A DNA stretch of 64,000 bases from Pelagomonas calceolata (taxonomy: Eukaryota): NCBI GenBank assembly GCA_918797485.1, contig CAKKNE010000002.1, positions 2,914,001 to 2,978,000 of the forward strand, written 5' to 3'. Under the pieces are notes generated by a model. It worked only from the letters and a program-made list of their open reading frames with translations, searched no databases and was not told the DNA's origin. A program made the position numbers and the translations under genes. How positions within the stretch are numbered: position 1 is the stretch's first letter; each line of letters starts with the position of its first letter. This document shows, in pieces, positions 42,126 to 51,100 of the stretch.

Positions 42126-42524
42126 ATGCGCCCCCTGTACCTCATCGCTCTGGCAGCGGCCGCGGCCGCCCTCCAGTTCTCGCCCGTCAAGCCGCTGCGC
42201 CGCCGCGCGCTCCAGCGCCGCATTCGCCGCGAGGCGGACTTCATTGCGAGCCCCGCGCGGGGCATGGATCCGGAGGTCCTAATCCAGGACGACGACGTGC
42301 TCGACGATCTAGTGAGAAAACACAACAACCTCGTCGAGGAGCTCCACGCCCTCGACGCGCCGGCGCGGCCGCGCTCGACGGCGGCCGTCGCCGGCCCGAA
42401 CGCGCACCGCATACCCATCAACAAAGTCGAGCCGCGCAAGGCGGTTCGCAACTTCGTGAGGGCGCCCATCGGAAAGAAGATAGCTGTCGCCGGCGCTGTC
42501 GCGGGCACGATCATCGCGCTGTAG
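42126..42524 (+). CDS. Small protein with a signal/plastid-type presequence and hydrophobic C-terminus
   Basis: MRPLYLIALAAAAAALQFSP..., basic transit-like stretch, C-terminal IAVAGAVAGTIIAL. Confidence 0.55.
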   Translation: MRPLYLIALAAAAAALQFSPVKPLRRRALQRRIRREADFIASPARGMDPEVLIQDDDVLDDLVRKHNNLVEELHALDAPARPRSTAAVAGPNAHRIPINKVEPRKAVRNFVRAPIGKKIAVAGAVAGTIIAL

Positions 42525-42631
42525 ATCTACGCTGTAGAATGAATCCCTGTCGTAATTCCTTTGTATGATAGCCCCCCACGCCGTCGACGAAACCCAAATA
42601 CGATGAAAGACTTACGACACATGCCTCTATA

Positions 42632-44128
42632 CTATAGCTCCTGGTCCGCGATGTCCGGCGCGCCGAGCGTGTCCAGGAAGGCGATGACCTGGTTGTGCTT
42701 GAACTTCCGCGCGATGTTCAGCGCCGACGCGCCCGTCAATACGGTGTCGCCGAGGTTCGCGCCGTGCTCCACGAGGAACTCGACCGTCTCGAGCGATCCC
42801 GACCGCGCAGCCTCGTGCAGCGGCGTCCACAAATTTTCATCGGGCGCATTTACGGAGGACGGATCCTTCGCGATGCCCTGTTTTAAGGCTTCTAGATCAC
42901 CAACAGCGGCCGCTTCATGCAAAGACATGCGCGTGCCCGTCTTCTCGCTGTCGTGGCCAAAATCCTCGCCGCCGACGTGCTGGTGGCCCGGCTCCTCCGA
43001 GCTCATGCGCCTCTTATAGAGTTTTCGCGACTCGGCGGGCGACGGCCCGCGCTTCCGCTTGGGCTCCTCCGGCAGCGGCCCCCGAGCCGGCACACCACTA
43101 CGCCTAGCATCGGAATCAGCCGCAGCTTTCCTAGCGCGAGCGGTACAGACCTCGTGGGAGTCCGGTTTCGGATACGCCGCTAATTTGCGACGCGTCTCCT
43201 CGGCCTTCTTCGGATCTCTCCTATCATTTCTCGCCCTAGAGGTCCAGCCGAAATCAATGTCTGGGTGATTTTTGGAAGGGTCATCAGGATCTACCGGTAT
43301 GAAGTGCACAAACAGATTCGCGTAGAAGTTGCCCTTCAACGGAAACGGTCTGCCATGTAATACGGTGTGACTTTCATACAACGCCATATCTCCGGGCTTG
43401 AGCGTGACGTTATAAGCAACACCATCATGGCCCACGACCTCGATGGGCCAGTCCTCTTCGACATCCTGGTCCACGTTTATTATGGCGGAAGTGACGAGTG
43501 GCAGTCGATCGACATGCGTGGCCAAGATGGCCCCGCGGAAGTACGACCGGATACCGTACAGAGACGTCGGTTTGAGTTTCTGGCCCGTCCACGCCTCCAA
43601 GATAGGCCGCGCCTGGTCCCAAATAATATCTTTCGTCTTAAAACCGAGAGGTTGGAGCCTTCGGTCCTCGAAGGAACACATCGTGCTGTCCGCGACCCAG
43701 TGGTTGACGTACGTGTTGCCCGGCGGCCAGGACTCGGACGTCTGCGTTTCTCTGTGTAAATCCCAGAACTCCCTGGCTGCTTCATAGACGGCTTTCGGAG
43801 CTCGCAATTTCGCAAACCCTAGTTCCGTGAAGTTTCTCTGCCTCGGGATTTGATCGCGATCCATCGCCATGCGCGACTCTTCATTAGATCTACAAGATCT
43901 CAAATTGTACTTGTCGCCACACCCGTTGATGAACTCGTCGTACATCTTCGCGCCCCAGGTCCCTTTCTCGATGTCATAATGCATCGGGAAGGACACGTCC
44001 ACGCCGTACCCCTCCGTATGGTAGCCGTCGCCGTCTCGGGCTTGGAGTTTGGGTTTCTCTTCCTTCGTGAAGATGGCCGATTGGGCCGTTGTTACGAGTA
44101 TCGCGGTTATTACGCGTCGTCGCGCCAT
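42632..44128 (-). CDS. ER-type 2OG-Fe(II) oxygenase (prolyl-hydroxylase-like) with C-terminal ankyrin repeats
   Basis: Signal peptide; YGIRSY...LATHVDR...SAIINV...YES...HGRP...YANLFVHF; WTPLHEAARSG; ends DQEL. Confidence 0.8.
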   Translation of the reverse strand: MARRRVITAILVTTAQSAIFTKEEKPKLQARDGDGYHTEGYGVDVSFPMHYDIEKGTWGAKMYDEFINGCGDKYNLRSCRSNEESRMAMDRDQIPRQRNFTELGFAKLRAPKAVYEAAREFWDLHRETQTSESWPPGNTYVNHWVADSTMCSFEDRRLQPLGFKTKDIIWDQARPILEAWTGQKLKPTSLYGIRSYFRGAILATHVDRLPLVTSAIINVDQDVEEDWPIEVVGHDGVAYNVTLKPGDMALYESHTVLHGRPFPLKGNFYANLFVHFIPVDPDDPSKNHPDIDFGWTSRARNDRRDPKKAEETRRKLAAYPKPDSHEVCTARARKAAADSDARRSGVPARGPLPEEPKRKRGPSPAESRKLYKRRMSSEEPGHQHVGGEDFGHDSEKTGTRMSLHEAAAVGDLEALKQGIAKDPSSVNAPDENLWTPLHEAARSGSLETVEFLVEHGANLGDTVLTGASALNIARKFKHNQVIAFLDTLGAPDIADQEL

Positions 44129-44586
44129 TGGTAGTTGTCGGCCACGCCTTGGCCTGGTTTTGAGCTGGAGGCGCTACGGCCCTGGACGCAGCGAGTCTGT
44201 GCTGGAGACCGCTTTCTTGAGGTCTGGCCGCCCTCACGCAGTGCGAGTCCTCAGGGTATCGCGAGCTTTGGCGTTGGATAATGTGTGTCGATTTTTCGAT
44301 AAAAGCTGCTCTAGAGCTCGTATACGCTAGGAGTTTATCCGTTTCGAGGACGAGTTCCTTGCGGTTTACGCCTGGAGCACTCCTCCGATCATCATTATCA
44401 CCGTTACGCGCTTGGCGGAGAGGTCGAGCTGGGATGCCCAAGCTGAGATAAGCTGCCTGCTCCGTGAGCCGCACCGAGAGGACACGAATCCACTGCGTAA
44501 TTACCACAAGCGCTCCCTCGAAACCGCGCCAACGCCAGCCGCCGCGCCGCTGCACAACTAAGGCAGCCCCACCAATACGGAGAGCC

Positions 44587-45012
44587 ATGAGCACCGCCCG
44601 GACCCTCCGCCCGCGCGTCGACTTCGGCGACGACCACGACGCCGGCGGCGCTTTAAGCTGCCTGCCGTGCTGCCGGCCCGACGAGATCCTGCATTCGTTG
44701 GTAGGCGCGCCCGTGCCGCCGCCCGACGCACGCCAAGCGGTGTCGGCGCACGTGGAGGAGGCGTTCTCATTGTTCGCGGAGCTCAACGAGTTCGCGGGGG
44801 GGCTCCCGCGCCTCCCGTCGGAGGAAATCGAGGAGTTCCTGTTCGTTGTCGCGCGACGGAGCTACCCCGCCGGCGCCGTCGCGGACGTAGTGACGGAGCT
44901 CGAGCCGGACCGGCGCTGCGGGTTGTCGGTGGAGGACTGCCAGAAGCTACTGGACGAGTTGCGAAGGAGGGACTCGGGGATGCGGGGAAGGTCAACACGT
45001 AATTTTAACTAA
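44587..45012 (+). CDS. Small EF-hand-like protein
   Basis: EEAFSLF...LPSEEIEEFL...DVVTELEPDRRCGLSVEDCQKLL, a degenerate EF-hand pair. Confidence 0.5.
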   Translation: MSTARTLRPRVDFGDDHDAGGALSCLPCCRPDEILHSLVGAPVPPPDARQAVSAHVEEAFSLFAELNEFAGGLPRLPSEEIEEFLFVVARRSYPAGAVADVVTELEPDRRCGLSVEDCQKLLDELRRRDSGMRGRSTRNFN

Positions 45013-45596
45013 CAACACGCAGTGGATGAGGAAGGTCCCTCGAGCTCGACGGTCTCCGGCGGCGCCTCGGGCGGCGGCAGCGCCTTGACCAGCGCCCGCG
45101 CGAGGGCCAGGACGCCGTCGCCGGTCTTGCACGACGTCTCGCGCGCGTCGGCCAGCTTTAAGTCCGCGGCGGCCGCGCGCACGGCCGCCGCCTCGACCTG
45201 GCGCGAGGGCAGGTCGCTCTTGTTCGCCGCGAGGGCGATCGGGATGTTGCAGCCGATTTCGTCGCCGCGGATCTGCTCGATGACGCGTACCGCCGCGTCG
45301 AAGGACGCCGCCCGCGTTAGGTCCGCGACGATGATGGCGCCCGCAGCACCGCGTAAATACAATTTCAACGTGTCCATCGACCGGTAGCGCTCCTGGCCGG
45401 CCGTGTCCCAGATCTCCAATTTCACCGCTGGAGCCAGCGGCCCGTCGCCCGCCGCCCTCACGGCGACGTTAAAGTGCGCGACCCCGAGCGTCGCGAGCGT
45501 CGACTCGTGGAACTCTCCTTTGGCCAGCCTTGTGCCGAATGACGTCTTGCCGACCCCAAAGTCGCCCAGGAGGACGACCTTGCGCGGGCGCGGCAT
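45009..45596 (-). CDS. Rab small GTPase (Rab5/21/22-like)
   Basis: KVVLLGDFGVGKTS, WDTAGQERY, YLRGA.GAI, NKSDL, ETSCKTG, C-terminal CC prenylation site. Confidence 0.9.
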   Translation of the reverse strand: MPRPRKVVLLGDFGVGKTSFGTRLAKGEFHESTLATLGVAHFNVAVRAAGDGPLAPAVKLEIWDTAGQERYRSMDTLKLYLRGAAGAIIVADLTRAASFDAAVRVIEQIRGDEIGCNIPIALAANKSDLPSRQVEAAAVRAAAADLKLADARETSCKTGDGVLALARALVKALPPPEAPPETVELEGPSSSTACC

Positions 45597-45761
45597 CGAT
45601 GCGGATCGATGCGACGCGCGGAGCGTGGGGAGAGCGTGCGGCTGGTGGGTGTGGTGTATAGCTGCTTGCGGAGAGCCTGCACGCTGGTCGCTGCCGACGG
45701 CTGCGACAAAACCAAGAGGGGGAACTTTGCCCTGCGTTCCAAGACGAGCCCAAAACTGCCT

Positions 45762-45784
45762 GCTAGCGGCATAAAGACACTAGC
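45762..45784 (+). promoter_or_regulatory. Intergenic palindrome-like motif copy 11 (divergent promoter)
   Basis: GCTAGCGGCATAAAGACACTAGC between the starts at 45596(-) and 45933(+). Confidence 0.7.
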
Positions 45785-45932
45785 ACTCAGCCGTAAAGCT
45801 CCATAACTCCAGCTATACGGCCGCAGAGCTCAAGCCATTGGCGTCAGACGATCGCTACCCACCCCAACGCCATCGCGCAAGCGCAAGATCTGCTTCAAAT
45901 TGCCCAGCAAGATAGATAACGCAGCCAAAGCC

Positions 45933-46934
45933 ATGCTGCTCCTCTACTGGCTCCTCGCTACAGCCGCAGCGCAAGAAATGGTGAGAATAGAAGGCGGCTG
46001 GGCGACCTTCGGCACGTCCTTTGCCGACGAGGACGTCCCGAAGACCTTCGCGCCCAAGGATACCGAGGGCGAGCAGCTCGCGGGTCTGAAGGAGTCGCTC
46101 GGCGACGACGTCTTCGGTGCCATCGCCAAGACGACGGGTCTCGATAAGCGACCGTCGTCCTTGTCCAGAGATGGTGCAAATGTAGCGCAGCAGCGCCGCG
46201 TGAAGACCTTCGACATCGACGCGACGGTCGTCTCGAACGACGAGTTCAAAAAATTTGTACGGGCCACGAAGCACGAGACGGAGGCCGAGAAGTTCCGCTG
46301 GTCCTTTGTGCTTGAAATGTTGGCGTCGAACGCGACGATCAACCAGAGCGACAGTAAACATGGCCTCGGAAGGGTCCAGTCGTCGCCGCACTGGCTCGGG
46401 GTCTACGGTGCCACCTGGCGGAAGCCGGAGGGCCCCGACTCGAGCATACGAGGCAAGGGCAACTACCCCGTCATCCAGGTGTCGTGGAACGACGCCGTCG
46501 CGTACTGCGCGTGGGCGGGCAAGCGGCTCCCTTCGGAATTGGAATGGGAAACAGCAGCTAGAGGAGGCCTCGAGGACGAGCCCTTCCCCTGGGGCGACCG
46601 CGATGATGATGTTCACAAAAGAATGAATGGCTGGGAGGGCGCGTTCCCCGACGAGAACCTGGCGAAGGATGGATATATTGGAGTCGCGCCGGTCGATCAG
46701 TACGCGCCGAACGCCTTCGGCGTCTATAATGCGGTGGGCAACGTCTGGGAGTGGTGCGCCGGCGGCACGCCGGAGAAGCGGCCCTTGCGGGGCGGCTCCT
46801 TCGTCGACACCGTCGATGGGAGCCACAACCACGCGCTGCGCTGCGCGACGCGGATGGACCAGACGGCTGATTCCGGCGGGCACAACACGGGGTTCCGGTG
46901 CGCGCGCGACGTTTCGGGGGAGGGGGAATTGTGA
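45933..46934 (+). CDS. SUMF2: Formylglycine-generating enzyme family protein, SUMF2/pFGE-like (catalytic Cys absent)
   Basis: Signal peptide; PVIQVSWNDAVAYCAWAGKRLPSELEWE, GNVWEW, RGGSFVDTVDGSHNH, GFRCA; ends GEL. Confidence 0.75.
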   Translation: MLLLYWLLATAAAQEMVRIEGGWATFGTSFADEDVPKTFAPKDTEGEQLAGLKESLGDDVFGAIAKTTGLDKRPSSLSRDGANVAQQRRVKTFDIDATVVSNDEFKKFVRATKHETEAEKFRWSFVLEMLASNATINQSDSKHGLGRVQSSPHWLGVYGATWRKPEGPDSSIRGKGNYPVIQVSWNDAVAYCAWAGKRLPSELEWETAARGGLEDEPFPWGDRDDDVHKRMNGWEGAFPDENLAKDGYIGVAPVDQYAPNAFGVYNAVGNVWEWCAGGTPEKRPLRGGSFVDTVDGSHNHALRCATRMDQTADSGGHNTGFRCARDVSGEGEL

Positions 46935-46964
46935 TGTAATTTTTGTGTTTGCTTAGAGCTAGGC

Positions 46965-47837
46965 TTAGGCGGCGGACTCTTCATCTAAGTCACTTCTCAA
47001 TCGTGCGACGAAGAACACAGCGGCAGCAACGAAGGCGCCTGATTTCTGCCGGTCTTGCCAATTCATCGACAAGGCAAGCGCTATGTCGCTCAACCTGTGA
47101 ATTTCATCGCTGTCCCACTCCCGGAGCCAAAATATGAAACTGGCCATATCGCTCGGTTCCGCCCAGGATTCCAGCCCCGAGCCCACAAGCGACTCGGGAT
47201 TCAAGAGCTCGTCGAGGGTTATCTCCCGATGGTAATCACCAAGGAGCGCGAATTCTCCCAGTCGTTCCATCCACAAACGCAACAACGTAATAGGCATCTC
47301 TGCCCGGTAGCGTCCTCTTCCTCTTGTTTCGAGGTGGTGTTCGACGCTTTCTAAGGCCATCGTGAGACGTCCGAGGCCGTCCATAGACGGCTCGACGAGT
47401 GCCAGGAAACGCGCCACACTTGGCTTGAACACCCCGACCATGCCGGCGAGAGTGTTACCACGGTCCCAATTCCAAAAAGTGTCAGTTAGTATCGTGCTAT
47501 CGCCCGCCAAGCAACTCTCCCTTTTATTATTCCACAGCAGGATGAACTCCAACAGCACCTGTCTGGGGTCTACCGCCCACGCCGCTCGGAACGTCGCGGT
47601 CTCCGCGGCGGATGACGGCCGTTCCAGCGCGTTCGTGACCATGGCGTTCTCGACGACGTACTTAAGTGGCCTCCAGCGCCCGCGCGTCAGACATCGGCGT
47701 GCCGCCGATCGCATCGCTTTTGAGACTTGCTTTGCATTGGTGTGCACTTCCTCAAATGGCAAGAACTCGAGGCACCGCTCGACTAGCTCCGGCGGCAGGA
47801 TGCCCGTAAACCCAGTTTGTGAACGGCGGCGCGGCAT
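46965..47837 (-). CDS. F-box domain protein
   Basis: ILPPELVERCLEFLPFEEVHTNAKQVSKAMR...W. Confidence 0.65.
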   Translation of the reverse strand: MPRRRSQTGFTGILPPELVERCLEFLPFEEVHTNAKQVSKAMRSAARRCLTRGRWRPLKYVVENAMVTNALERPSSAAETATFRAAWAVDPRQVLLEFILLWNNKRESCLAGDSTILTDTFWNWDRGNTLAGMVGVFKPSVARFLALVEPSMDGLGRLTMALESVEHHLETRGRGRYRAEMPITLLRLWMERLGEFALLGDYHREITLDELLNPESLVGSGLESWAEPSDMASFIFWLREWDSDEIHRLSDIALALSMNWQDRQKSGAFVAAAVFFVARLRSDLDEESAA

Positions 47838-47993
47838 GGCGTGTGCCGTGCAAAGGGCTTTCAGAGTTTTTTTCAGCAAGCGTCTGCAGCAACCTTGGCG
47901 TCAAAAGTACCCATACAGTACCTATACCTACCTATACCTATCCTGAAAAAAAAAATCAGAAAGCCCCCAAAATTCCCTGAAATAACCGCCACA

Positions 47994-48076
47994 TAGAGAT
48001 ACAATTAGGTGTATCCCCCCAGCGGCTCCGCAACTAGTCCTAGCACCGTCACGGTAACAGAATATACTAGAGATAC
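47994..48076 (-). mobile_element. Small dispersed element copy B (~65 bp) flanked by 9-bp direct repeats
   Basis: TAGAGATAC at 47994-48002 and 48068-48076; core 48008-48049 is homologous to 39611-39654. Confidence 0.45.
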
Positions 48077-48102
48077 CATAAACAAAGCTTACACACAACT
48101 AC

Positions 48103-51100
48103 TCAACTCACAGCCATCGCCGCCAGAAACCGCATCATGGTCCCGTACGACTTCTTCGAAGCCCAGGACGAGGCCGTGCGTCCGGCCGCGTCGCGCTTCG
48201 ACGCGTCGGCGCCGCTCTTCACAAGGCGCGTACAGACGTCGATCGCGCCCGCTGCCGCGGCGTGCATCAGAGGCGTGGCACCATTTGAATCGACGACGTC
48301 GACGCGGCACTTGCGTTTTAACAACGCCTTGACCGCCTCGAGGTTTCCCGCGGCCGCCGCGACGTGGAGAGGAGTGGCGCGGTCTCGCGCCCGCCGCGCG
48401 TGCAGGAGCTTCGGTCGCTGCCTTAATAAACCGTCCAGCGCCAAGACGTGGCCACGACTCGCCACGTCAAAAATACTGACCGCGTCGGGGTCCGCTTGTA
48501 ACAATGCCCCGAGGGCGACGTGGCCGCGCGCCGCGGCGTAGTCCTTCGCCGCGCGGCCCTTGTGGCACATGGCGTCGCGCAGGGCGCCCGCAGCTAACAA
48601 AGCCAGGACGCCATCATCAAAACCCGAAGCGGCGCTCTGCATCAACGGTGAGACGCCGCGGCGGTCACCCAAGTTGACGTCGACATCGGGATGGGCCAGC
48701 AGCCGCCTGACGACAGATAATTTTCCTGCGGCGCAGGCCGCAAGTAGGATCGTGGCGCCGTGCGTGGAACCGTTGTCGACGCCGTTGAGCTCTACACCTT
48801 GTAAAAGGAGCGCGACGACGCCCTTCTCGTCTCCAATCGATGCCAACTGCCGCGCGTCATCCACAGCCGGGTCGAACTGCAACACGGGCGCCGCGAGGCC
48901 GTCCGCCAGGTCGGCCGCCCAGTTGCCCGGAACGACGTCCGCGTCGAGCGCGAGGCGCCGCCGCGCCCAATCCAGCGGCGTCCGGAACGCCCGGTCCCTC
49001 GCGTGTCTTTCGGCGCCCGCGGCCAATAACGCCAGAAGCATGGATGCGGAACCGCGGATCGCCGCATAATGCAAAGCCGTCAGGCCGTAGGGGTTGGACG
49101 CGTCGAGTTCGATACCAGGTACAGCGAGCAGCAGCTTCGCCGCATCCTTCGCGTCGTACGCACAGGCCGCGATGAGCGGCGTCCAGAGCTCGGGGTGGTA
49201 GGCCTCGCGCGTCTGGCACCGGCTCCTTTCGTTGACGTCCGCGCCGCGCGTGAGCAGGGCCCGGACGCCGTCGGCGTCGTCCCGTGCCGCTAGTAGAACG
49301 AGGGGGCGCTTCACAGGATCCGATGCGAGGAGCGCCAGCAGCCGCTTCCTGTCCGTCGAGAGAACGACCTCCGACGCGCGCCGGCCGGCCGCGTCCCTTA
49401 CTGACGTCTTGGCGCCTCTATTTAACAGCAACGCGACGACGTCGGGCTGCGCGGCGGCCGTGGCTCGCATGAGAGCCGTCGCCCCATCGCCACCCGGCGC
49501 GTCGACGGCGGCGCCCCCGTCCAGCAACGCCCGCGCCGCGGCGACGTGGCCACAGTCGGCTGCTACATGTAAAGCCAGGTCGCCCTCCTTTGTAGATGCG
49601 TCGGCGGGCCAGTTCTGCGCGAGTAAGGCGGCGATCCGGTCGCCGTCGTTGCTATCGACTGCCGCCAGGACGACGGCGCCGTCTCTCGATGCAGTCTCCG
49701 GGGTCTCGAGCGCCGCTCGGAGTTGGGAGGAACCGCAATCACCACACCAGGCCAGCGCATCACGGCGGTCCGCGCCGCGGTTCAGGAGTAATGCGGCGCA
49801 AGCGGCCTGATTCAACGCTGTTGCCCGGCCCCGCAGCCCAACACACCACATCAGCGCCGTGGCGCCCTCGTGGGTCGCGTTCGGGTCCGCGTCACTGTCG
49901 AGCAACGCGGCGACGCAGGCCGGCGCCGTCGCGGCGCACGCGGCGACGAGAGCGGGACAGCCTTTGGCGTCGGCCGCGTCGGCGTTTCCCCCCTTGGCCA
50001 GCAGGGCGCGCAGCACGTCGACGTCCGCCTTCGATGCCGCGGCCACGACGGCCTCGTCCGTCGGCGGACCGCAGCTCAATAACACGCGCGTCGCGCGGTG
50101 CCGCGCGACCATGAAAGCTGTCCGACCTTTCACGTCGCGCTTTGACGCGTCGGCGCCCTTTCTCAGCAATGCGGCGCAGACGCTCGCCGCGCCGACGGCG
50201 GCTGAAGCCATCAGCGCCGTTCGCCCGTCCCGTAGCGTGGCGTTAACGTCCGAGACTTTCGCAAGAGCTTCGTCGACGCATACCTGGCCCTCGATCGCGG
50301 CGATGAGGGGAGAAACCACGCATCGCGCGTCCGGCGCCGAGACGTCGACGCCGGCGGCCAGCAAGAGCCGGAAGGCCTTGGCGTCGCCCCTTCCTGCCGC
50401 TGCGCAGGCCTCGTCCACGAGGGCCGCCGCTCTTACACCACTCTTGAAGGCCTCGTCGGAAATCAAGCCCTCGAGCGGCGCCGCGCTCCGCAGCTGTTGC
50501 GAAGCAAAGTCGACCGCAACTCGTAAAGACGCGGCTGCGTAGCCCCGCTCGCCCCGGAGCTGATATGATGACGCATACGTTTCGACGAACCAGAGCGTCG
50601 TGACCAGGCGGCGCGGGTTGGCCCGGATGGCCACATATGTTAAAGACGGCACGACGTCGTCGGCGCCCACGTTCTCGTAGGCCTCCAGTCTTCGCCCTTT
50701 ATTCCTCACTTTCTCAGCGGCGGCGGCGGCGAAGCGGCAGCACTGCGCCACTCTATCCAAGACCTCGGAGACGCTTTGCGCGTTGTCGGTGGCGCGCAGC
50801 TCCTCGACGGCGACGGCCCACTCGCCGCCTATGTCGTTGTCGGCCTCGCCCGGAGCGCTCACGCCAAGGTGCTCGAGTCGCAGGAAGCGAAGCCTCCCTA
50901 ACGTGACCGCGAGCTCGTCGTCGCCCCCGGGGCTCAGATTTAACAGGGCGTCGACGCAGGACGGCATGAGCCGCCGCTCGACGGCGGCCTCGCAGCGCTC
51001 CCAGAACTCGTCGTCCTCGTCCTCTTCCTCCTTCTCCCGCAGGTTCTTGAGGACGCCGTCGTCGCGTTGCAGAGGCTTGAGGAGCTTGGCCTCGCGCAGC

